A DNA stretch of 53,924 bases, taken from assembly GCA_036679495.1 (NCBI GenBank), contig JAZDDE010000080.1, forward strand, positions 1 to 53,924, in the 5' to 3' direction. Below the pieces are notes generated by a model, which did not search any database, was not told the origin of the DNA, and was given only the letters and a program-made list of their open reading frames with translations. Below, piece by piece: positions 26,085 through 38,216 of this stretch; position 1 is the stretch's first letter; every line of letters begins with the position of its first letter. Origin of the DNA: Gemmatimonadota bacterium. GTDB lineage: Bacteria; Gemmatimonadota; Gemmatimonadetes; Palauibacterales; Palauibacteraceae. A program made the position numbers and the translations under genes.

Positions 26085-26582
26085 ATGAGAGTCCTCGGAG
26101 TTGATCCTGGAACGGCCGCCACCGGGTATGGTCTGGTCGAGGCCGTATCGGGTTCGTATCGGCTGATCGAGTGCGGCGTGGTCAGGCCGCGGGGCAGCCG
26201 GGATCTGGCCGGCCGACTGGAGCAGATCTACGTTGAGCTTCGCGCGGTTATCGAGCGACTCGAACCCACGTGTATGGCCGTCGAAGGTGTGTTCCACAGC
26301 AAGAACACCCGGACGGTCGTTGTACTGGCCCACGCCCGCGGTGTTGCGCTGCTGGCCGGGGCGCAGTCCGGATTGACCGTCGCCGAATATGCGCCCGCCG
26401 AAATTAAGAAGGCGGTAGTGGGAACCGGGCGTGCCTCTAAAGACCAGGTGGGCTACATGGTGCAAAAGCTCCTTCATCTCGTAGAGCAGCCGCGGCCGGC
26501 CGACGCGGCCGACGGGTGTGCGGCCGCCCTGTGTCATCTCATCGTGAGTCGCCCGGCGCTGGCCGCCGCGGTACGGCAGTGA
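26085..26582 (+). CDS. ruvC: Holliday junction resolvase RuvC
   Basis: VLGVDPG, AVEGVF, IKKAVVGTGRASKDQV, DAAD; start 26085 (alternative ATG 26061). Confidence 0.96.
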   Translation: MRVLGVDPGTAATGYGLVEAVSGSYRLIECGVVRPRGSRDLAGRLEQIYVELRAVIERLEPTCMAVEGVFHSKNTRTVVVLAHARGVALLAGAQSGLTVAEYAPAEIKKAVVGTGRASKDQVGYMVQKLLHLVEQPRPADAADGCAAALCHLIVSRPALAAAVRQ

Positions 26583-26595
26583 GGCAGACCGGGCC

Positions 26596-27183
26596 ATGAT
26601 CTGCCAGGTGCGGGGAGAGTTCTTGGGCCTTTCAGGCGGACGAGTCCGGGTGGCGACAGCCTCCGGCCTTTCGTACGAGATCCTGGTACCCCCGAGCGTG
26701 CTGGGGTGTCTACCCGCTCGTGGAAGTTCAATCGAGCTGCACACGTCGCTGGTGGTGCGGGACGATAGCATGGAGCTGTTCGGCTTCTCCACGGAAGCGG
26801 ATCGCGAGTTGTTCGGCCGCCTTCAGTCCGCCTCTGGAGTGGGCCCGCGGCTGGCGCTAGCCATCCTCGGGTCGCTCCCCTCCGGCCGAATCGTCGAGGC
26901 CATTCGCGCCCGCGACCACTCGGTGCTGCAGACCGTGAGCGGAGTGGGCCGCAAGACGGCGGAGCGCCTGGCTCTGGAGCTTGCCGACAAAATGGACGAC
27001 CTGGCGGCGATGGGTCCCGCGGTGGCCGCAACTTCAGATAGCTCAGCGGCTCTGGAGGCGCTCCGCGCTCTCGGCTATTCCCCATCTGAGGGCGAAGCGG
27101 CGCTGGCCGGTGCTCGGAGCGAACTGGCGGGCGGAGATCCGGACGCGGAAGAGCTGGTCCGCACCGCTCTGAGGCACCTCTAG
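26596..27183 (+). CDS. ruvA: Holliday junction branch migration protein RuvA
   Basis: LFGFST, SGVGPRLALAIL, VSGVGRKTAERLALEL, ALRALGY. Confidence 0.96.
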   Translation: MICQVRGEFLGLSGGRVRVATASGLSYEILVPPSVLGCLPARGSSIELHTSLVVRDDSMELFGFSTEADRELFGRLQSASGVGPRLALAILGSLPSGRIVEAIRARDHSVLQTVSGVGRKTAERLALELADKMDDLAAMGPAVAATSDSSAALEALRALGYSPSEGEAALAGARSELAGGDPDAEELVRTALRHL

Positions 27184-28249
27184 GTGCGGCCTCAAGACGC
27201 GGCAGACCTGGTCGCGACGCAGCGAGTAGAGGTAACCACGCCGGAAGCCCTGCGCAGCGAAACGGCGTTCGACACTGCACTCCGGCCCTCCCGACTGGCG
27301 GAATTCGTCGGCCAGTCTAAGGTGAAGGACAGTCTCGGCGTCTACATCCAGGCGGCTGTCGGCCGCGCCGAGGCCCTCGATCACACGCTGTTCCACGGCC
27401 CGCCGGGGCTGGGCAAGACCACTCTCGCGTTGCTGATGGCCCACGAACTAGGCGTCAACATCAAATTGACCTCGGGCCCGGTTCTCGAGAAGCCTGGTGA
27501 TCTGGCAGGTCTGCTGACGAATCTGGAACCGCGCGACATACTCTTCATCGATGAAATCCACCGTCTGCGGCCGGTTGTAGAGGAATATCTGTACCCGGCG
27601 ATGGAGGATTACCGGGTTGAGATTCGGCTCAGTGAAGGGGCCCGCGCGCAGACCATGTCGATGCGGCTCGAGCACTTCACCCTGATCGGTGCAACGACTC
27701 GTTTCGGCCTTCTGACGGCTCCCATGCGCGCACGGTTCGGCGTCGTCGAACGGCTCAACTACTATCCCGCCGATGAGCTAGCCCAGATCGTGGAGCGCTC
27801 GGCCGGGATCTTGGAAATCGCGATTGACGAGGGCGGTACCGAAGAGATCGCCGGCCGCTCGCGCGGTACACCCCGTCTCGCCAATCGCATCCTTCGCCGG
27901 GTTCGAGACTTCGCCGAGGTAAAGGGCGACGGGCGAATCGACCGGGCCACGGCGCGGGCCGGGCTGGAGATGCTGAGTGTAGATGAGTTCGGCCTCGACG
28001 ACATGGACGCGCGCGTTCTCCGCATGCTGATCGAAAACTTCGAAGGAGGGCCGGTGGGGCTTACCTCGCTGGCCGTAGCGATCGGTGAGGATCCGTCCAC
28101 CATCGAGGAGGTGTACGAGCCCTTCCTCATTCAGAGTGGATTCATGCAGCGAACGGCGCGCGGCCGCCTGGCCACCCCCAGAGCCTACCGCCACTTCGGC
28201 TACGCGCTTCCCACGGATCGCGCCAACCCGCAGGGAGCGCTGTTTGGAG

Positions 28250-28260
<11 letters not shown>
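27184..28260 (+). CDS. ruvB: Holliday junction helicase RuvB
   Basis: [45 protein letters not shown]. Confidence 0.98.
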
Positions 28261-30501
<2,241 letters not shown>

Positions 30502-30511
30502 GGAGGCTTGT

Positions 30512-30823
30512 GTGCTGACCCTGATGGCCGGCCCGTCCGGCGCTGAAGGAGCGAATCCGGGTGCGACGCTCTTCATGTTCATGGGGATCTTCGCGATCCT
30601 CTACTTTCTGCTCATCCGGCCCCAGCGCCAGCAGCAGAAGTCGCATAATCAGATGGTGAGCAGTCTCGGAAAGGGTGACGAGGTAGTCACCCTCGGTGGA
30701 ATCGTCGGTAAGATCGTGCATCTGACGGAGACCCGGGTCACGATTCGCACCGCCGCCGACACGCGTGTGGAGATCGAGCGTGACAAAGTAGGCCGTCGGC
30801 TCACCGAACCCGAGGCTGAGTAA
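30512..30823 (+). CDS. yajC: Preprotein translocase subunit YajC
   Basis: GTG 30512 after AGGAGG; YFLLIRPQRQQQK, GDEVVTLGGIVG. Confidence 0.95.
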   Translation: MLTLMAGPSGAEGANPGATLFMFMGIFAILYFLLIRPQRQQQKSHNQMVSSLGKGDEVVTLGGIVGKIVHLTETRVTIRTAADTRVEIERDKVGRRLTEPEAE

Positions 30824-30831
30824 TACGGCGC

Positions 30832-31365
30832 ATGAGCATCCATGAGATTCGCTGGCTTGGAGATCCTGTGCTCCGGGAGAAATGCCGTGAAGTAACGGAG
30901 ATCGATGCGGAGGTACTCGAACTGGTCAGTGATCTACAGGATACGATGTATGCGGCTGAAGGGGTGGGATTGGCCGCTCCGCAGGTTGGCGTCCCGCTCA
31001 GGATCTTCGTGTACGACATCCGGGAGCCGGAGGAGGAGCCGGGGGTGCTGATCAATCCGGTATTGATCGAATCGGCTGGAGTCGTACGGGAGTCTGAAGG
31101 GTGCCTGAGCATACCGGGTCTCACCGAGGTGGTAGAGCGAGCCGAGACCGTGACTGTGAGAGGAACCCTTCCCGATGGCTCCGAAACGACGATTCAGACG
31201 GGCGGGCTCCTGAGCCGCTGCCTTCAGCATGAGGTCGATCATCTCGAGGGCGTTCTCTTCTTCGACCGGGTCAGTCCCCTGAAGCGAAGAATGCTTCTGG
31301 CCCGCTGGCGGAAGATGGACCACGACGAGCGGCTGACTGCCGCCTCTCGGCAGAGCCAGATGTGA
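30832..31365 (+). CDS. def: Peptide deformylase
   Basis: GVGLAAPQVG, EGCLS, HEVDH. Confidence 0.98.
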   Translation: MSIHEIRWLGDPVLREKCREVTEIDAEVLELVSDLQDTMYAAEGVGLAAPQVGVPLRIFVYDIREPEEEPGVLINPVLIESAGVVRESEGCLSIPGLTEVVERAETVTVRGTLPDGSETTIQTGGLLSRCLQHEVDHLEGVLFFDRVSPLKRRMLLARWRKMDHDERLTAASRQSQM

Positions 31366-32336
31366 TGCGAATCCTTTTCTGGGGCACGCCCGAGTTCGCC
31401 GTTCCTTCCCTGCGGGCGCTGGCTGAAGAGGGCCACGCAGTCGTGGCCGTCGTGACTCAGCCCGACAAGCCTGCCGGCCGTGGCCAGAAACTTCACGCCA
31501 GTCCGGTCAAGCTCGTGGCGCAGCAGGAGGAGATTCCGGTCCTTCAGCCCGTCCGAGCCAGCGAGCCCGAATTCCTAGCCCAGATCGAGGCGTTTGAGCC
31601 TGACATTTCGATCGTCGTAGCATACGGCCAGATTCTCAGTGACGCCGTTCTGAACTCTCCCCGCCTGGGTACGTTCAATGTTCACGCGTCTCTCTTGCCC
31701 GAGCTGCGAGGAGCGGCCCCGATCAATTGGACCATCATCCAGGGGGATTCACACACCGGCGTCTCAATCATCCGGCTCGTTCGGGAGCTGGATGCCGGAC
31801 CCATTCTGGACACAGTCAGCGCCGAGCTCCCGCCGGACATGGTAGCCGGCGAGCTGGCGACGATCCTGGCCGAGTTGGGGGCGCTCGCGCTCATCAACAA
31901 CATGGCTCGGCTAGAGATGGGCGAGACGAGCGAGGTGGAGCAGGACCACGAACGGGCGACGTACGCTCCGAAACTGTCTCGGGAGCTGGTTAGAGTCGAC
32001 TGGAGCCGGCCTGCGGAAGAAATTGGGCGCTGGCTGCGGGGCTGTGACCCACGTCCCGGAGCTTGGAGTGAGTTGGAGGGCGCGCCGATTCAGCTTTTCG
32101 GTCCGGAGCTGGTGGAGATCGATGGGGAGCCGGACGGGGATCCGTCCGAAGCGCAGACGAACATCGTAGCTAATCCGGGGACGGTGTTGGAGGCCGATCC
32201 GAAATCGGGCCTTCTCGTGGCCACAGGCTCCAGTCTGCTGCGCATTCGCGAGGTCAGGCCGGCTGGGAAGCCGCGTATGGAGGCTACCGCTTGGATCTCA
32301 GGTCGCGGTGCGGAGGCCGGGCAAGTCTTCGAGTGA
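31365..32336 (+). CDS. fmt: Methionyl-tRNA formyltransferase
   Basis: GTPEFAVPSL, VVTQPD, VVAYGQIL, NVHASLLP, ELDAG. Confidence 0.97.
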   Translation: MRILFWGTPEFAVPSLRALAEEGHAVVAVVTQPDKPAGRGQKLHASPVKLVAQQEEIPVLQPVRASEPEFLAQIEAFEPDISIVVAYGQILSDAVLNSPRLGTFNVHASLLPELRGAAPINWTIIQGDSHTGVSIIRLVRELDAGPILDTVSAELPPDMVAGELATILAELGALALINNMARLEMGETSEVEQDHERATYAPKLSRELVRVDWSRPAEEIGRWLRGCDPRPGAWSELEGAPIQLFGPELVEIDGEPDGDPSEAQTNIVANPGTVLEADPKSGLLVATGSSLLRIREVRPAGKPRMEATAWISGRGAEAGQVFE

Positions 32337-32959
32337 CATTTCCGGTGCTGCACCTGATTACCGGGGATAACGACCTGCAGGGTTCTGGCACGCTGGATAC
32401 GGTCCGGGCGCTGTGCTCTGATTGTGGTCCTTCGCTCGCCGTTCATCTCCGAATCCGTGAGTTGGACGCCGCCGAACTACTGGAGTTGGCAGCGGTTGTT
32501 CGGGAGATTGCCGATGAATTCGGGTCCTGGAGCGTGCTGAATGGTAGGGTAGATGTGGCGCTTTGCGCCCGAACCCACGCCGTTCAGCTTGGACAGGGAG
32601 CGCTACCCGTCCACCTGGCGCGAGGCTTGCTACCGTCCTCGGTGCGGATCGGAGCTTCGGTGCACGACACAGGCCTGGCCGAGTTGCGCGTCCAAGAGGG
32701 TTGCGACTATCTCGTTTTGGGCACCATGTACCCGACCCGCTCGCACCCGCTCGGACCTGTCGGCGGGCTGCCGCTCCTGCGCCGCTGCGTCGAAGCGGTC
32801 TCAGAGGTTCCGATCGTTGCCATCGGAGGAGTCGATGCGGCCCGGGTGGCAGAAGTCATGGCTTCCGGCGCACGTGGAGTCGCTGTAAACCGGGCCGTGT
32901 GGGGACACACCGACCCGGCGCGCGAAGCCAGGAAGTTGCTAAGAGAGGCGAACGGATGA
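32333..32959 (+). CDS. ThiE/TenI family protein (thiamine phosphate synthase fold; motifs look TenI-like)
   Basis: GTG 32333 (GTGA overlap); VHLR, NGRVDVA, AVQLGQ, GASVH, VAIGG; adjacent to thiS-thiG. Confidence 0.85.
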   Translation: MTFPVLHLITGDNDLQGSGTLDTVRALCSDCGPSLAVHLRIRELDAAELLELAAVVREIADEFGSWSVLNGRVDVALCARTHAVQLGQGALPVHLARGLLPSSVRIGASVHDTGLAELRVQEGCDYLVLGTMYPTRSHPLGPVGGLPLLRRCVEAVSEVPIVAIGGVDAARVAEVMASGARGVAVNRAVWGHTDPAREARKLLREANG

Positions 32960-33168
32960 GTGACGAGGTACAGGTTGAGATCAACGGGAAGAACCAGTCG
33001 GTTCCCGCCGGGCAAACCGTTCGCGGCCTGCTCGACAGCCTAGGATTCGACGCCCGACTCGTAGTAGTGGAGCTGAACCGGCAAGTGGTACGCAGCACCG
33101 AGCACGATGAAGTCGAGCTCGCGGATGGGGACCGGATCGAGCTCGTGAACTTTGTCGGGGGTGGGTAA
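32956..33168 (+). CDS. thiS: Sulfur carrier protein ThiS
   Basis: 70 aa from ATG 32956; VVELNRQVV, GDRIELVNFVGGG C-terminal GG. Confidence 0.96.
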   Translation: MSDEVQVEINGKNQSVPAGQTVRGLLDSLGFDARLVVVELNRQVVRSTEHDEVELADGDRIELVNFVGGG

Positions 33169-33173
33169 GCCTG

Positions 33174-33950
33174 GTGGACGGAGACACGCTGACCATTGCT
33201 GGCCGCCAGTTCAGCTCACGGCTCATCGTAGGAACCGGGAAGTATTCGACCCACGAGCAGACACTCGAAGCGGTCGAGGCTTCAGGGGCGGAGATGGTCA
33301 CGGTCGCCGTTCGGCGAGTGAACCTTGATTCGTCCGTCTCGGAAAGCCTGCTCCACGTCCTGGATCCGAAGACGTACTTTCTCCTGCCTAACACGGCCGG
33401 CTGCTACTCAGCGGAAGAGGCGATTCGCTACGCTCGACTCGGGCGCGAGGCCGGACTCAGTGACTGGGTCAAGCTAGAAGTTCTGGGCGATGAGGCCACA
33501 TTGCTGCCCGATGTGGCGGGCCTGATCGAGGCCACCAAAACGCTCGTGGCGGAGGGCTTCGAAGTCCTGGCCTATACCAATGAGGATCTCGTCACGGCCC
33601 TGAGGTTGCAAGACCTCGGAGTGGCGGCCGTGATGCCCTTGGCCTCTCCGATTGGGAGCGGGCTCGGGCTTCTCAGCCCGCTGTGGATTCGACTGCTCAA
33701 GAGCCGGCTCGAGGTGCCAGTGATTGTCGACGCCGGAGTGGGGACCGCTTCGGATGCCTGTCTCACCATGGAACAAGGCGTGGATGGAATCCTCATGAAC
33801 ACTGCGCTCGCGGAAGCCGAACGACCCGTCCAGATGGCGGCCGCCATGCGGCTGGCCGTCCAAGCGGGCCGACTGGCGTACCGGGCCGGCCGCATGCCGC
33901 GGCGGGAGTGGGGTGTGCCGTCCAGCCCGTCCACAGGGATGCTGAGTTGA
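33174..33950 (+). CDS. thiG: Thiazole synthase ThiG
   Basis: SRLIVGTGKY, LPNTAGC, WVKLEV, MPLASPIGSG, DAGVG. Confidence 0.97.
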   Translation: MDGDTLTIAGRQFSSRLIVGTGKYSTHEQTLEAVEASGAEMVTVAVRRVNLDSSVSESLLHVLDPKTYFLLPNTAGCYSAEEAIRYARLGREAGLSDWVKLEVLGDEATLLPDVAGLIEATKTLVAEGFEVLAYTNEDLVTALRLQDLGVAAVMPLASPIGSGLGLLSPLWIRLLKSRLEVPVIVDAGVGTASDACLTMEQGVDGILMNTALAEAERPVQMAAAMRLAVQAGRLAYRAGRMPRREWGVPSSPSTGMLS

Positions 33951-35311
33951 ATCCCCAGTACCGTGCCCCCGCAGGGGACTACCGTGACCCGGAAGACCGC
34001 TCCGGCGAATCTGACGAATCCTCTTCGGGGGCCGTCCCGCGGGCGGCGGCCTTCCAGATTCTCATTGACGTGGCTCGCGGCGCCCGTGCGGATGACGCCG
34101 CCGAGCGACGCCTGGCCAACCTGCCCAAGCGCGCCCGAGCGCTGGCCATGGAGTTGGCCTTCGGGTGCATTCGATTTCAAGCCCGACTCGACGCGGAGTT
34201 GAGTGAACTGGTGGACCGGCCTTTGCGCCATGTGGACGATCGGGCCAAGTCCTGGATTCGGGTAGGCCTCTACCAGCTTCGCGAAACGCGAATCCCAGAC
34301 CATGCCGCGGTCCACGCAACAGTGGAAGCGGTTCGATCCTCGGGCCGCCCCAGGGTCGCCGGGTTCGTGAACGCCGTGCTCCGCAACGCGACTCGCAGAG
34401 GAGAGCGCTCGACCTACTATCCGGCCTGGGAATTTGACCCTCTGGGGTACCTGAGCACATACGGGTCACACCCCCGCTGGCTCGTCGAACGCTGGATGTC
34501 CCAGTGGCCGCTTGCAGACGTTCGGGCCCTGGTCGAGAATGACAACCGCCCCGCGCCCGTGATACTTCGCATGCTTGAGCCAGGCGGTTCTGACGACTCC
34601 GCCGATGATTTCCGGCCAGTGACTGGTTTTGACGGAAGCTATGTGTTCGAAGGAGGGGATCCGACGGGCGTCCTGAGTCGCATGCGCGCTGTCGTGCAGG
34701 ATCCTGGAGCGTCGGCCGTGGTAGACTACATCGGGCCGGACATCGAAGGACCCGTATACGAAGTCTGTGCGGCGCCGGGCGGAAAGACGCTGGCCGGGCA
34801 AGCCCTGGCCGCCAGCGCCAGGCCCTGGATTACTACAGACGTGAACAGAAGCCGGCTCGATAGCCTTTTGATTGGACGCCCGGCTGCTCTCCACAGTGGA
34901 GATCTCGCGGTGATGGACGGACGCGCGCCTGCCTTGAGGCCGGTACGGACCGTCCTGCTGGATACTCCGTGCAGCGGGACCGGAGTGCTTCGCCGCCGGG
35001 TGGATGCTCGTTGGCGCTTGACTCTCAAAGACCTGAAGTTGCTGATCGAGCTTCAGGCTCAGCTTCTGTCAGGCTGCGCGGAGCGGGTGGCACCAGGCGG
35101 TCTGCTGGTGTATTCGACCTGTTCGCTGGAACCGGACGAGAACGAAATGCAGGTGGACCGGTTTCTGAAGGAAAATCCGGATTTTCACAGAGACGCGCCG
35201 CCGGCTGGATTGTCAGAATCACTTCTGACGGAGTCTGGAGACTTATTGGTGCGCCCGTGGGATCGAGGTACTGACGGGTCATACGCGGCTCGTCTGCGCA
35301 AGGAGGGGTGA
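33947..35311 (+). CDS. rsmB: 16S rRNA m5C967 methyltransferase RsmB/Sun (NusB-like N-domain)
   Basis: Start moved to TTG 33947 (TTGA overlap); GFVNAVLR, SHPRWLV, CAAPGGKT, DTPCSGTG, YSTCS. Confidence 0.92.
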   Translation: MNPQYRAPAGDYRDPEDRSGESDESSSGAVPRAAAFQILIDVARGARADDAAERRLANLPKRARALAMELAFGCIRFQARLDAELSELVDRPLRHVDDRAKSWIRVGLYQLRETRIPDHAAVHATVEAVRSSGRPRVAGFVNAVLRNATRRGERSTYYPAWEFDPLGYLSTYGSHPRWLVERWMSQWPLADVRALVENDNRPAPVILRMLEPGGSDDSADDFRPVTGFDGSYVFEGGDPTGVLSRMRAVVQDPGASAVVDYIGPDIEGPVYEVCAAPGGKTLAGQALAASARPWITTDVNRSRLDSLLIGRPAALHSGDLAVMDGRAPALRPVRTVLLDTPCSGTGVLRRRVDARWRLTLKDLKLLIELQAQLLSGCAERVAPGGLLVYSTCSLEPDENEMQVDRFLKENPDFHRDAPPAGLSESLLTESGDLLVRPWDRGTDGSYAARLRKEG

Positions 35312-36198
35312 TGAAGTACCGGAGGAGGAGGGGGCTCGGAAGAACGGGCACGGACGGGCCGGCGAGTTCACAGGCCACGCCTATGCCGGAAGTCGGCGCC
35401 GACGATGGGAGTATGAAGACGATCAGAGCGATCGGGAACCGCGAGGTTCCGCGACGCTGGATTTCACTATCTGTGGTGGTCGTGGCGCTATTTGGCGTGG
35501 GGTACCTGGCTGCCGCCGAGTGGGTGTTTCCGGCTGAAACACGCGGGGAGGAGGCGCCTGTCGTGCAGGTTCCTGACCTGGTTGGACTCACGGCAGTGCA
35601 GGCCGAAAAACTCGCCACCCGTTTTGAGCTGGAATACGTCGTACGGGCCGGCCTGACGCATCCGAGTGCGGAAGAAGGCTCAGTCCTGGCCCAGAATCCG
35701 TTTCCCGGTCAGTTCACCCGACCGGGCGCCCCCGTTTCGGTAACCTTGAGCCGCGGGCCGGAGACGCATGTTCTCCCCGATGTGACAGGGCTCGCGAGCC
35801 GGCCCGGCACCATCACGTTAGAGCGGCTGGGATTCCGGGTCCGCACCGAGGAGGTGCGAGACGTCGCTCCCGGCGGGCGCATCGTCGGCATGCGGCCCCA
35901 GCCCGGCGAGCAGCTGGCCGTACCGGCGGAGGTGACGATCCTGGTCAGCTCGGGGCCGCCAGCCATGCTTGTCCCGGATCTGGTCGGCCGGCATGTCAAC
36001 GACGCCGCAGATCTTCTGAGAAGAGCCGGCCTGGGCCTAGGCAAAATGATCTCCGACCCGAATGCCCTGGAGGCTCCCGGCCGGATTACGGGCCAATACC
36101 CGCCATCGGGATATCGGCTCGGCCGCGGCAAGTTGGTCGAAGTGCGGGTAGCGGGAACTCGGGTTGAGATCGAGCGCGAGCGCGAAACCGAATCGTGA
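35311..36198 (+). CDS. Membrane-anchored triple-PASTA protein without kinase domain
   Basis: Basic N-terminus, one TM, three repeats VPDLVG/LPDVTG/VPDLVG with QNP/QYP motifs. Confidence 0.88.
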   Translation: MKYRRRRGLGRTGTDGPASSQATPMPEVGADDGSMKTIRAIGNREVPRRWISLSVVVVALFGVGYLAAAEWVFPAETRGEEAPVVQVPDLVGLTAVQAEKLATRFELEYVVRAGLTHPSAEEGSVLAQNPFPGQFTRPGAPVSVTLSRGPETHVLPDVTGLASRPGTITLERLGFRVRTEEVRDVAPGGRIVGMRPQPGEQLAVPAEVTILVSSGPPAMLVPDLVGRHVNDAADLLRRAGLGLGKMISDPNALEAPGRITGQYPPSGYRLGRGKLVEVRVAGTRVEIERERETES

Positions 36199-37154
36199 CG
36201 CCGCAGGAAACTCAGCAGGAGCGCCGCTGGTGGAGGCTGATCACCGATCACTGGGGGTACAAACTCGCGGCGCTTTTTCTCGTGACCCTCCTCTGGATCA
36301 ATGTCACGGCAGACGAGCGACAGCCCACGGGGATTCGCACGCTGCTCGATATCGAAGTACAGGATTCCGCCTGGGTGTTGGTGAATAGTCCACCCGCCGT
36401 CCGAACGACATTTCAGGGTCCGAACCGGGAGATGTTGGCGCTTCTCGCGGATCCACCCGTCATTCGCCAGGTGATAGATAGCGTCACCTCACCCAACCTG
36501 CGTCTATCACTTTCCGGCGACCAAGTCGCCTACGATCGCTCCCTCTCGGTCAGGCCCTTGTCCGTCGAACCGGCCACCATCGACCTCGTATTCGAGCCGC
36601 GCAGCAGCCGGATGGTACCGGTGCTGCCGCTGGTTGAGGCGACCGCGGCGATGGGCTTTGCGGTCGTGCGACCGTTCAAGGCCGAGCCAGACAGCGTCCT
36701 GGTGAGGGGCGCCGAATCCGCCATTGGGAGCATTCGGAGCCTCGCGACCCGTCGCATCTCATTGAACGACCTGGGGCACACGGTCGTACGAGATATTCCG
36801 CTTGCGCTCCCTTCATCAGTGTCGTCTCCCCTGGAGGTGCAGCCTCCATCGGTGTTGGTCACGATCGCGATAGACTCTCTAGTCGAAAGGCGCTTCGCCG
36901 TACCGATACGAATAACAGGAGCGGCGGCGGATGATGTCAGGTCTGAAATCGGCACCGTTGTGGCCGTGATCAGGGGCGCTTCAACGGCCGTTGCCGCTCA
37001 GGCATCCCGGATCGCCGAAGCTGTGATAGAGGTGGACTCCGTTCCGGGCGGCCGGATGCCGTTTACGATCGTGGTGCCGCCCGCCGACGCCCAGTCCGTG
37101 ACCATATCGTTCGAGCCGGGCGAGGTGATGGTGAGCCCCGGGAGAGACGGCTGA
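36195..37154 (+). CDS. YbbR/CdaR-like protein
   Basis: WGYKLAALFLVTLLWINV N-terminal TM; PDSVLVRGAESAI; beta-rich repeats. Confidence 0.78.
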   Translation: MTPQETQQERRWWRLITDHWGYKLAALFLVTLLWINVTADERQPTGIRTLLDIEVQDSAWVLVNSPPAVRTTFQGPNREMLALLADPPVIRQVIDSVTSPNLRLSLSGDQVAYDRSLSVRPLSVEPATIDLVFEPRSSRMVPVLPLVEATAAMGFAVVRPFKAEPDSVLVRGAESAIGSIRSLATRRISLNDLGHTVVRDIPLALPSSVSSPLEVQPPSVLVTIAIDSLVERRFAVPIRITGAAADDVRSEIGTVVAVIRGASTAVAAQASRIAEAVIEVDSVPGGRMPFTIVVPPADAQSVTISFEPGEVMVSPGRDG

Positions 37155-37155
37155 G

Positions 37156-38205
37156 TTGGGTCCGGTCCTGGGTATCGAGACATCCTGTGACGAGACCTCG
37201 GCCGCCGTCGTAGCCGAGGGCCGGGTAACCGGCCACGTGATTCTGTCGCAGGATGCTCACGCCCGGTTTGGCGGTGTCGTGCCCGAGATCGCCGCTCGCG
37301 CTCACGTCAGACAACTGGATCACGTGGTCGCCGCGACTCTGGATGAGGCGCGTCTCTCTCCCCAGGAAATAGCCGCCGTGGGAGTGACCGCGGGTCCTGG
37401 CCTCGTGGGTGCCCTTCTGACGGGCGTCAACTGGGCCAAGGGGTTCGCGTACGGGCTCGGCGTGCCTTGCCTCGGCGTGCATCACATGGAGGCCCATCTT
37501 TATGCCAACTCCATCGAGTCAGAGGAGGCAAGTCCCCCTTTTGTCGCCCTTCTGGTCTCAGGAGGGCATACGCTGCTGCTCCATGCGCTGGAATGGGGAG
37601 AGTACCATAAGCTGGGCCAGACACGTGACGACGCGGCCGGAGAAGCGTTTGACAAAGTGGCCCGGCGACTCGGCCTGGGTTTCCCGGGCGGGCCTGAGAT
37701 AGAGCAGGCCGCCGCCACGGGCCGCTCTGGCCGCTTTACCCTGCCTCGTCCTATGCTCTCTGGGAGGGCGAATCCGCAAGATCCCGGCTGGCTTGATTTC
37801 TCGTTCAGCGGCCTCAAGACGGCTGTGGCACACCTCGCTTCCGAGATTGAAGCGGAGGGTGATGATGCCCTGGCCCAGGCGGTGCCGGATCTAGCGGCCG
37901 AATTCCAGGAAGCGGTCGTCGATGTCCTTGTGGGTAAGACGCTTCGAGCCGTCGAGCTCACGGGATGTCCGCGTGTCTTACTCGGTGGTGGTGTAGCTCG
38001 AAACCGGCTGCTGTCTACCCGTCTGCGGGACGCGCTGGCTGGGACGGGCGAGGTTTTCGCCCCGTCGGCGCGGCTGGCCAGTGACAACGCCGCCATGGTG
38101 GCGAGATTGGCCGAGATGAGACTGACTAACGGCGAGCGCAGCGGCCTGGATCTGAATGCCGACCCCGGGCTACCGTTTCCGGGCATGCACGACCTGACGG
38201 CGTAA
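37156..38205 (+). CDS. tsaD: tRNA t6A threonylcarbamoyltransferase TsaD
   Basis: GIETSCDET, GGVVPEIAARAH, HHMEAH, VSGGHT, DDAAGEAFDK, FSFSGLK, DNAAMV. Confidence 0.98.
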   Translation: MGPVLGIETSCDETSAAVVAEGRVTGHVILSQDAHARFGGVVPEIAARAHVRQLDHVVAATLDEARLSPQEIAAVGVTAGPGLVGALLTGVNWAKGFAYGLGVPCLGVHHMEAHLYANSIESEEASPPFVALLVSGGHTLLLHALEWGEYHKLGQTRDDAAGEAFDKVARRLGLGFPGGPEIEQAAATGRSGRFTLPRPMLSGRANPQDPGWLDFSFSGLKTAVAHLASEIEAEGDDALAQAVPDLAAEFQEAVVDVLVGKTLRAVELTGCPRVLLGGGVARNRLLSTRLRDALAGTGEVFAPSARLASDNAAMVARLAEMRLTNGERSGLDLNADPGLPFPGMHDLTA

Positions 38206-38216
38206 GAGGAAGAGGT

